DNA of 64,000 bases from Mytilus californianus (lineage: Eukaryota): NCBI RefSeq assembly GCF_021869535.1, contig NW_026262581.1, forward strand, positions 82,894,001 through 82,958,000. Direction: 5' to 3'. A program made the translations under genes and the position numbers. How positions within the stretch are numbered: the first letter of the stretch is position 1; the number at the start of each line of letters is the position of its first letter. The notes below the pieces were generated by a model. That model was not told the origin of the DNA. It did no database searches and saw only the letters and a list, made by a program, of their open reading frames with translations. This document shows, piece by piece, positions 1 to 9,274 of the stretch.

Positions 1-425
1 TTCTATATTCATATGTGATTTAATCATTATATAGTGATATAAGTCTGATATCAGACGGGGAGTGTGTTGCCTTGGATTCCCTAATTTATCTATATATTTT
101 GTGTAATTATATTCAATAATTAACGATTAGTTTATATTTTTCCGGAGTTAAATCTGGACTTCACCTAACAACATTCTATTGTTACCGTAGCCTCGCATCT
201 GTCTTTTGCAAATCAACATTGTGTTGTTTGTCTTTGTTTGTATGTCTATTGTCCTGTGTTGGTGTGGTCTGTTCAATATATTTGGTAATTTATATTACCC
301 TTTTTTTGTATTAGACTCGTAATAGGTCTACAATTAATCGGTCTAATAGCTGTTTCCAGCAGAGAACATGCCACTATCCCTCAACCTGTCTATGAGTGGC
401 CGTTCATGTCAAAATAGCGATGGTT

Positions 426-600
426 CCATCTAGATGCATTTTCCATCTAGATACTTCGCATAACCATCTAGATGCTTCGCACAAGTATCTAAATAGTTCG
501 TGTTAGTATCTAGATGCTTCGTTAAAGTATCTAGATGCTTCGTTGAAGTATCTAGATGCTTCGCTGAAGTATCTAGATGCTTCGTTAAAGTATCTAGATG
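426..600 (+). repeat. Left subterminal 21-bp tandem array with palindromic TCTAGA core
   Basis: Core at 429, then 446, 467, 488 (TCTAAA), 509, 530, 551, 572, 593 (exact 21-bp period). Unit approx. GCTTCGTTAAAGTATCTAGAT. Confidence 0.95.
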
Positions 601-752
601 GCCGAAAAGTCTTAAAATCTTTAGTATTCTGTCGTATTCTAACCAATTGAATTTGCGTTTTCTTACTCTACTGATTAACAAATTTCGCGGGATTTTAGAG
701 AGGGAAACACGTAGTTTCTCTCCCCGTGAGCTTTATTCCCCGCACAGCTGAT

Positions 753-856
753 ATGTCGAATCTTGAAAGATACCAACAATTGTTGAGAAGAAGCTTAATT
801 AGAATTAGAGAAAGGACAGAGGAAGAAAATGGTGACGATAACGACTTTGTAACAGG
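753..856 (+). other. Candidate first coding exon inside the TIR element (MSNLERYQQLLRRSLIRIRERTEEENGDDNDFVTG)
   Basis: ATG at 753 downstream of a CCAAT box (~642). Open for 34 codons plus 2 nt, then a GTAATA donor at 857. No downstream exons found. Confidence 0.4.
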
Positions 857-1133
857 GTAATAAATATTTTATTTCATCTCTAGTGTTTTAGCAGACTATT
901 TTCGTTGCCGTAGGATCTATGACTTTGTCAACTCGTACCAGATTATTAATACATGTACCTCGTACTTTTACCAAACCGTACTTCTACAAACTCAAACCTA
1001 ATTTTTAGATATTATTATAACATGAAGCATAGTAGTTATCTCCGATCGTATAAAATAAAAAAATATCAAATATCAAAACGAACAAATGAAACATCATGAA
1101 CATGACAACCAAAAGAAATCCCATCCACTTTTA

Positions 1134-1404
1134 GGGAGCTACCATTTGATTTTTATGGGGGCTAGGATGAAATATTTAGTGACTAAATTTTGTCCTGCAT
1201 TTTTTTATTAGTTGTAATCTCTGTCCTGCCTTTTTATCTTTCACTCTATTCAGTCCTGTCTTTTTTTATTAGTGTTTCCTGACTTTTTTTACATAAATTG
1301 TCATCCTGCCTTTTTTTTTTGGCAAAGTGTCTCATCCTGCCTTTTTTTTTACTCAAAACTCCTGTCCTGTCTACTTTCCCCATAAAAATCAAATGGTAGC
1401 TCCC
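1134..1404. mobile_element. PIF/Harbinger-type MITE (27-bp TIR, TTA TSD)
   Basis: GGGAGCTACCATTTGATTTTTATGGGG (1134-1160) is inverted at 1378-1404. TTA at 1131-1133 and 1405-1407. Internal TCCTGCC-T-run repeats. Confidence 0.85.
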
Positions 1405-1411
1405 TTACTAC

Positions 1412-2060
1412 AACATGCATGGCATGTATGGGCACATCTTAGAATCAGTAAAACATGCAAAATATTAAGGTATCACAATCTTTTCAGATCTAAAATGGAA
1501 CACCCACATCAAACAAACAGCCGCTTAAAAGCAAATAAATCTTTATGTTTTATCAGACGAAATCTTAAAGTCCAGTGACATACAATTAAAGAAAGAGCAT
1601 ACCAAACTCTCATAAGACCCAAATTGGATACTGCTGTACTGTATGGGACCCATATTCAAAGGAAAACATACGATCTTTATAAAAAGTACAGAGACGAGCG
1701 ACAAGGTATGCATGTAACAGACATCACAAGACCAGTAGTGTGTCTGAGATGCTAGACACCATGAAATGGCAAACATTACAAGAACGCTGACTAAGAACAA
1801 GGCTAATAATGTTCCACAAAATTATACACGAAAAGATTGCCATTCCATCGCAGAATTTATTACAGCAGAGTCAGTCCAATACAAGATCCACCAATAAAGA
1901 TGCTTACCGACAAATCCAATGTAACAAAGACAGCTACAAATTTTCCTCAGACATAACAAAAAACACCACTACAGAAACCTTCAATGGTGCACTCACTTAC
2001 GATGTGCTCCTTGAAACCTATCCACACCTGAGTAATCAGGCAATCATGTTTTTATCTTAA
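1412..2060 (+). mobile_element. 5'-truncated, decayed CR1/L2-type non-LTR retrotransposon 3' end
   Basis: Cross-frame translation gives HILESVKHAKY*GITIFSDLKWNTHIKQTA..KANKSLCFIRRNLK and ..TVWDPY..KVQRRA..MKWQTLQER..RLIMFHKII, typical post-RT motifs. A-rich tail at ~2060-2100. Confidence 0.8.
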
Positions 2061-2210
2061 ATTAAAAATAAAATAAAAAATGAAATACAAGAAAAAATAT
2101 TAGAGAAATTTACATGAAAGTGCATGAATTCAAAAGCTGTAATATGATATTACCATAACAACACACATTTTTAAGTATGGAGTATTGTATTATAGTTTTA
2201 TATTTGTTAC

Positions 2211-2329
2211 CTTAATTTCAAATTGTCAATGATCTGTGGTGTCAGCGAATCTGAAGATCCTAAACGTGCACAGTAATCTATAGTTGATTGTACCTGTCGC
2301 AAAAAACGTTCCTTGTCCGATTCGGCCAT
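2211..2329 (-). other. Candidate first coding exon of a second, convergent gene in the TIR element (MAESDKERFLRQVQSTIDYCARLGSSDSLTPQIIDNLKL)
   Basis: AAGATGGCC start context at 2329. CCAAT upstream on the - strand (~2408-2412). GTAACA donor at 2210 (phase 2). Confidence 0.45.
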
Positions 2330-2429
2330 CTTAAATATTTCTGTTATTACTTTGTTTAGAAAAAACCGCAGAATCATGCAGAAATTTCCATTGTTAAGTG
2401 GTTTTTGATTGGTCAGTACAACTCCCAAA

Positions 2430-2995
2430 AGTATCTAGATACTTAAAAGCAAATTGAAAAGTATTTGTATTCAGTTTAACTATTTCCATCTAGATAGTTA
2501 GTCATAGTAACTGGATGCTTCTTTAAACTATCTAGATATTTGTGCGAAGCATCTAGATACTTGTGCGAAGCATCTAGATACTTGTGCGAAGCATCTAGAT
2601 ACTTGTGCGAAGCATCTAGATACTTGTACAAAGCATCTAGATACTTTAACGAAGCATCTAGATACTTGTACGAAGCATCTAGATACTTGTAGGAAACATC
2701 TAGATACTTGTGAGAAGCATCTAGATACTTGTAGGAAGCATCTAGGTACTTGTGCGAAGCATCTAGATAACTTGTGAGAACCATCTAGATACTAATTAAA
2801 AGTAACTAGATGCTTTCAAGTAGTATCTAGATGGAAAAAGGTATCTAGATAGTTCGCTAAAGTATCTAGATGTATCTTACAACCATCTAGATACTTATAC
2901 GAAGCATCTAGATACTTGTTGAAAGTATCTAGATGCTTGTTGAAAGTATCTAGATGCTTTCAACAAGTATCTAGATGGAAACACCAACTAGATGA
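2430..2995 (-). repeat. Right subterminal 21-bp TCTAGA array (~24 cores)
   Basis: Cores every 21 bp from 2531 to 2762 (unit GCATCTAGATACTTGTGCGAA, the reverse complement of the left unit), continuing to ~2990. Confidence 0.95.
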
Positions 2996-3696
2996 AACCA
3001 TCGCTATTTTGACATGAACGGCCACTCATACCTGTCAGGTCAGGTATGGTTAGATGAGTTATGGAAGTGACACTCAACATAGTTTGTTAAAATACTATCA
3101 GACTTAGTACTGAACGTTTTACTTACGCGTCTGGCGTATCAAATTATAAGCCTGGTACCTTTGATAACTAATTACTTACATTCAACTTGCTTTTATTCCA
3201 ATTCAAGACATTTCCAAAAGAATATATACATATACTATTTAAACCTTACACAAATCAAAATAGATGTTTAGTAATAAAAACATCAATAAAACTCCCTAAA
3301 TATAGATGTTTAATAATAGAAACATTAATGAAACTCCCCAAATATTTCACGCTGCAGTAATCAGGTTTTTAAATGTAAAATCCTTCACATATTTTGATTG
3401 TTATAGCTACCCACAGGTAGATATGAAGTTATGTTGACATCAACTTATATTTAACTATAGAGCTATATCATGTATATGCGACGCAGAGAATGTAGTTATT
3501 ATATAATAATGCAGTAGGATGTCACTTGATTATCTTGAGAAGACATATCCTTTCATCATTATACATAATCCGGAGGTCTTGACAACAGAAAAATCGTTTA
3601 ACATATTAATTTAATTGCTTTATTCGTTTTCTTAGACCGTCTTGTTAATACTAGTAGTACTCTCCCCTCCCCATCGACTTTCTAAATTATTTGCTA

Positions 3697-4330
3697 TGAG
3701 ACAAAAGACCCGACAACGCCATGACGAAGAACGAAACTCTACAAAAAGACAAACAGTCCATTAACTATAAATAGCGGGTAATTTCAGGCGCTCCGGAAGG
3801 GTAAGCAGGCCCTGCTCTCGATAAAGCATCCGTCGTGTTGCTCATGGCATATACCAATTCTGTGTTTCACAATCGAAGCAAAGAGGACGGGATTGTGGCT
3901 AAGACAATTGGACCATATCCGTGGTTATCTGTATATAACATAACGATCAACCAAATCATGACCTTTCTACGGGATAAATTAAACTTTATCACTAGGAACC
4001 CTTGGTTTAATAGCTTCCTTGAAAGCAGCTATCATCTATCAAGGAAATTGTGATAGGAAACGTAAGCCCTGGTTTATTGTATCAACTGGGAGATATATAA
4101 GCAATACGCTGGCACTGTTGGAATGCTGCTACACAGAAATGGAAAGTTCACAACTGGAAAGGTGAAAGCATCTTTTTGTCGTAACATCACATATATAGCG
4201 GAACGTGAAGTTAAATGATAACGATAGCTTCTTTTCATTCGTCCTGAGAAAATCTGTTTGAAATATGCATCATATGAACAAAAGAACAAGTCTTTAAGCT
4301 TAGACTGTGGAATAAAAGTGCAAATATCAA
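3697..4330 (-). mobile_element. Decayed Penelope-like (Naiad-type) element 3' fragment
   Basis: Homologous to 62667-63729 (FPVVNFPFLCSSIP..YISQLI; GCTCCGGAAGGGTAAGCAG motif), with an internal deletion. Confidence 0.75.
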
Positions 4331-4654
4331 ATGTTTTATATTAAATTGCACGAAGAAAAATACCTAGATTACATGTACTCTAACAGATCTTTGCATTTGT
4401 TTAGTACTCATCTGATGTACACCGCCCCTGGAGTAGTTTCTTTTACAAAGGTTACAACAGAAAAACGATTTGAACGAAAAATATAAAAAAAATAATCAAA
4501 ACAAAAGAACATCCTTGTTTAAAATTGAGGTGATGTGGGTTTTGTTTTGTTCGAGTATAATGCTTGCTTCGTAGATAAGTGACATTTTTGCTTTGCTATT
4601 GGTTTTCGTCATTTTTCCTTCGGTTGGGGTTGCCTTGGGAATTAACATATGTTA

Positions 4655-4900
4655 ACTGGTTGTCTTCCTCCCGGCGGTAGAATCCTTGCTAAAGAGGGAC
4701 GATCAATTGGCTATGCGGGATGTATAAGTACGCAGCCACGTCCGTTCGGATTGGGAGAGTACCATACTCAGTAGGTTAAAAAACATTTTAAAACTGTTTG
4801 AAGGGTCTGTATGTGGCCTGTTGCAAGCCAAAGCATGATGAATATGAGTTTAACGTACAGTGGGAACTATAGCGAATATCTGGACGAGAACATGTTAATG
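4655..4900 (+). mobile_element. SINE remnant (Deu/Nin-domain-like family)
   Basis: Shares GGCCTGTTGCAAG and upstream motifs with 11660-11960, 12315-12790, 24180-24270 and 31960-32150. Family name from memory. Confidence 0.4.
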
Positions 4901-4914
4901 TGATATGAAATTGA

Positions 4915-5135
4915 ACCCTTATTTAAACTAGACCAACACGCTGAGTCGGATTTTATACGTGCTAGTCCCCGAGACAACAGTCTGCAGTAGACGTGACATC
5001 CTACCCGGAAACATCAGTTTTACCTTGAGCCGACCAGTCTTTACTCTAATCCCTAAATGCCTCGTGATTGGCAGAGAAGCAGTAAATACTAATTTCCACG
5101 TTTTCGGTTTGATCCCAGGGATAATGACCCGTACT
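4915..5135 (-). mobile_element. Meta-domain SINE remnant
   Basis: Reverse strand shows the central AAAATTAGTATTTACTGCTTCTCTGCC..GCATTTAGG domain, shared with 41490-41625. Confidence 0.55.
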
Positions 5136-5438
5136 CGAGACCTACGAGGCGCCTCGGTGAAGGCAGCTTATTCCTTTAAAACAAAAATCAGATAAAAAGA
5201 AATTGATAGTTCCTTTTATGATAGTTCAAATATTACGATATAAATTTTCGCGAGAATAATAAATGATTTCTATTCAATACCTTCTTGGTAATATATGCGT
5301 GTATATTCAAAGGGACTGGTTGAAAAGGAAAGCATTCGAAAAAGAAACGTTTGCTCTGTAGCCCAATATCTTTGGGGGGAAAAAAGAAAACAAAAACAAA
5401 TACAAAAACAAAACAAAACAAAACATATACAAACTTAC

Positions 5439-5637
5439 CATCAAAAGCTGCCTTTGTTAGTGCAGATTTAAATGGCATGTGATATTTGTCAATATTGAAG
5501 TCCACAAATGTAATATACCTGGTGAAATACTTCCCTTTAAAAGTCAGGGTAAAAACGGATTTAGATTTATTCAGATTTGGGTTAATGTCGAAGAATGATG
5601 TAGTTAGATTTTTCAATGGCACCCGAATCGATATCAT
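5439..5637 (-). other. Candidate isolated coding exon of unknown gene
   Basis: Open frame ..SFFDINPNLNKSKSVFTLTFKGKYFTRYITFVDFNIDKYHMPFKSALTKAAFD ends at a consensus G|GTAAGT donor (5438). Partner exons not found. Confidence 0.25.
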
Positions 5638-6331
5638 GCAAACTCTTATTTGACTATTCGGGAACTTTCAGTCTCTTTTAAGACATGATTCTTCATAATA
5701 ATACTAGTAACTAATATTATAATAGTTATCTGTTGCTTGAGCCCCATATAATGTAAAACTCTATTGTGAACCAAACACGACCCACTTTCTTAAACTTTCT
5801 GTCAGTCTTTGACAATGTACCTTCTCTTATATATATTTGATACAAATGAGAACTGGTGCGTTTATTTTCGTTGACTACCAGTTATGGGTCGCATAAAGAT
5901 GACTCTATGCCTTTAAGAACCTTTTAAGAGCATTCATATGTCGTAGTAGTCGTTACAAGTTGGTCAGGAAGAACGGTGACCTCTTCGTTATTGTTGTCGT
6001 CCGGAACATACATGAAATATTTGTCACTGGACTTTAAGCAACCAACAATCAATAAATCGTTATTGTTGTTTTGGTTTGAAGCTCAAATAAGAATGGTTTA
6101 GGTTACAAAAAAGGGAGACGATGGCAAGGTTGGAATCAAACATAACAAATCAAATAAAAAACATACAACGGTCAAAAAGAACTAAGCAACACGAACCAAG
6201 TAAATAATCTTCAGATACATTGAAGGATTACAAAAAAAAACGGTGAAAAAAACAACAATCTTAATTGACGAAACTCGTATGTTACGGAAGTTACTGGTTC
6301 CTGTTCCAATATTTACACCTATCGCGAACAT

Positions 6332-7143
6332 CCTTACTGCCCTTGTACGTCATTGGCGTGTAGGACAGTAACGAAGATTTTACGCTTTTGTCGGTTGTTG
6401 GCTCTACAGTTCTTCTCTATGTCATGTTGAGTCTTTCTCCCTTTCTTTTACCTTCTGGTGTCTAGTGGAGTTCTGTCTTAGTGATATCATCCTTATTTTT
6501 CCGCAGGACATGTCCAGTCCACCTCCAGCGTCTTCTCATTATACATGTAGTTGTGGCTATATCTGCTTGTTGGCATCTGGTAAGAAGGTTCTGGTTTGAG
6601 ATTTTTTGTGGCCAAAAGATTCTCAGAATCCTTCTGAGGCTTTTGGTATGGAATACAGACAGTTTGTTTTGGTCGTGATCTGTCATCCCCAACATTCTGA
6701 TCCATACAAAAGTACAGGCAAGACACAGCTACTGTAAAGTTTGAGTTTGGTCCTAATGCTATATTGCCCAGATCTCCATACAGCTTGCAGGTTGTTAAGA
6801 GCAGACCTTGTCTTAGATAGTCGTTTTTATGTCAGATACTGCTCCGCCATTGGTAGATTGGTAGTAACAGTGCTGCCAACGTATGTGAAGGTGTCAACAT
6901 GTGGTAATGTTTTTCCATCCAGTAAAACTGACCCTGGTGTGTTTACATTTAGCATCATGATTTTAATTTCTTAATGATGATTAACAGCCCCATTTGTCCT
7001 GAATATTTTTTGTAGTTCTGTGGTCTTTTCTTTAATATGTTGGTGTGTGTGAGACATTAATGCTAGGTCGTCAGCAAAATCTAGGTCTTCCAAAGTGGTG
7101 AAGGTGCTCCATGTAATGCCTCTTGATGTATCAGCAGTTGTCT
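6332..7143 (-). mobile_element. RTE-clade non-LTR retrotransposon 3' fragment
   Basis: RGITWSTFTTLEDLDFADDLALMSH (RT catalytic FADD); SLRRILRIFWPQKISNQNLL..RRRWRWTGHVLR..TPEGKRKKG; ends FVTVLHANDVQGQ*. Confidence 0.85.
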
Positions 7144-7535
7144 GTCGCGACGATCATATTAAAATCCGGCAAGTAATTTTATCGCACCGCGGGTAAATTA
7201 TTACGTTGTGATTGGTTTAACGCCGTCACGTGGTGACCCCCTAAGGATCCGTAGGGGGTTAGTAAATTTCATAGGGGGTTCATGACGTCACGTCTACTGT
7301 TAATAGTGACGTCATCTATTAATGTTGTTGTGTTTCATTGTTTATTTTTCTACAAAATACAGCAGAAAAAGTCCCGCGTGCGATAAATTCGTTATACGGT
7401 TCACTACTGACCCCCTACGGACCATAGAGGGTGAATAAAATCCATCGGAGATTCGGCCTTCAGCCTCACCCCCTATGGATTTTACTAACCCTCTATGGAT
7501 CCGTAGGGGGTCAGTAGCAAACCATATAACTTATA
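7143..7535. mobile_element. Non-autonomous hairpin-bearing element (Crypton-N-like)
   Basis: 114-bp imperfect palindrome 7404-7517 (arms CTACTGACCCCCTACGGA / TCCGTAGGGGGTCAGTAG, centre GGCCTTCAGCC). A partial arm copy sits at ~7235-7280. Confidence 0.5.
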
Positions 7536-7857
7536 ATAGTTGGTCATTAGGCTTCATATCGTACATAGCAAATTGGTAAATTTATATTGTAATAATCGAA
7601 TCTGGAATCAGTCTTTTGATTTTATCTATTTACTGTTAAGTATTCGTTTTTAAATGTTTAAATATCTAGACATTCTATCCAATGCCAATAAGCAATGACA
7701 CAAAGAAGACACTGCAAATACAAAACTCCACATTAAAAATGAATTGTTCAAATATGTGTGTGTAAAAAATGAAATGCAGCTGAATTTATAAATTGTTTGT
7801 TAACTTTTATCACTAAATAAATGGACTATATAATATAAGTAAAGCATTTGATATTAA

Positions 7858-7990
7858 CCTCCTTTCTGCCATAGGGCCGATTTGGCCGATGCAGAAACAG
7901 TACCTTTGACTGCCAAGGATCGGCCCAAAGCCGATGTTGTTTTCCGCTGTGACGTTGTTCCTTTACGTCATAGAGAATTTGCAGCGCCCA
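7858..7990 (+). mobile_element. Candidate piggyBac-type terminus
   Basis: TTAA (7854-7857) followed by CCTCCTTTCTGCC.., with a subterminal block GTACCTTTGACTGCCA..GCCGATG..GCAGCGC repeated at 9182-9264 just upstream of the transposase ATG. Opposite end not found. Confidence 0.4.
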
Positions 7991-9274
7991 GCGAAGCCGG
8001 CGTGGAAAGAAAATCACCCGTTGTTCAGAGTTCTGCTACCGGGCTCATTGACTTTTCTTTCGATGGAGCCCCATCATGATCCAGCCATCCTTATTATTAC
8101 ATTATTACCCAGAAGTGCATTGTCATTTGATTACATTCACATATTTCTTTCTATTGATTTTTCCAAATAAACGGATATGTTTAAAAGTCGTCCCAGCTCC
8201 AATATCTTCATTGTATAAATGCGTCTTTATCATACTCCGGGTGCCTTCGGCTGTTATCTGCTCTTTGGTCGGGTTGTTGTCTCTTTGACATATTCCCCAT
8301 TTCCTTTCTCAATTTTATGATATAGGAATAAAACAAAACTTTCTTTTATTTTGTTGATGTGCATATGGACCAATGAAGGACTTAAAAAGCATAAATCATT
8401 TATCATTCTAATATGACGTCCTTGTTACGCCTTGGAAACAAAGCCGTGTTCTAATTACCACAAAATATGTTTGACACCTGCGCACAAATTTACTGTTTAT
8501 ATTTTCGTTATTTTCATTGTTATTCTAATAAAGTATATATATATATATATATTAGCAGCTTACATAAACTTTTATTATGTATTGTTTATCAAACAACACA
8601 TATTTACCCTGCTTTTAGTTTTTAAAGTAATTAAATATGAAAATGTAATGTACAGACTCCATTGGGAGGAAACGAGAACAGCCAAACATTTTTAAGGTAT
8701 TTTCGTGCGCTTCGACCTATAAAAATACTGTATTTGCCCTATTAGAATCGACATAACGCTCAGTGTTAAATATATACAAATATAATGACTACCCATGTTA
8801 AAATGAGCATAGAGCATGACATGAAGGAATAATTTTTTAAGTTATATTTTTTTTATTGCATTTATCCCTCTATAAACTTTACATAATCGTCTTCGACTTT
8901 TTACTTCGGTTTTAAGCGCGGAGACCAAAACCAGATCGGACGGACGGGTGGTCAAAGGTAACACTTTAAGAGTCACTTAATGCCGCCTCCGGTGGGTGGG
9001 GGCATAAACAGAAACAATTATGATTCCGGCGTATCGAGTACCAACACGTTAATTTCTGAATACTGTGTACCATTCCTTTGAGTACAGAATACTCTTTTTT
9101 TCATGTACCTGGAATATCACGTTCCAAAAGGGGGCATCCCTCATACACACAACAACAAAAAAACGCGCCGATTTTAAAAATGTACCTTTGACTGCCAGGC
9201 ATCGGCTTTGGCCGATGTGCAGCATCAATGACGTAATCTTGACGTCATAGACTCTAAGCAGCGCTGAAGGAAAC

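Larger units (their letters stand above)
391..3030. mobile_element. Non-autonomous TIR DNA transposon, IS3EU-like (35-bp perfect TIR, 6-bp TSD CCTGTC)
   Basis: TATGAGTGGCCGTTCATGTCAAAATAGCGATGGTT at 391-425 is the exact reverse complement of 2996-3030. CCTGTC lies directly at 385-390 and 3031-3036. TAY..RTA ends with a 6-bp TSD match my recollection of the IS3EU superfamily. No transposase core is present. Confidence 0.85.

Noticed and set aside
426-2995. 21-bp arrays as CRISPR arrays or repeat-protein genes (ORFs 430-681, 500-751, 2476-2784)
   Set aside because: Tandem units have no unique spacers, the context is eukaryotic, and there are no cas genes. The ORFs are by-products of a 21-bp (7-codon) period.
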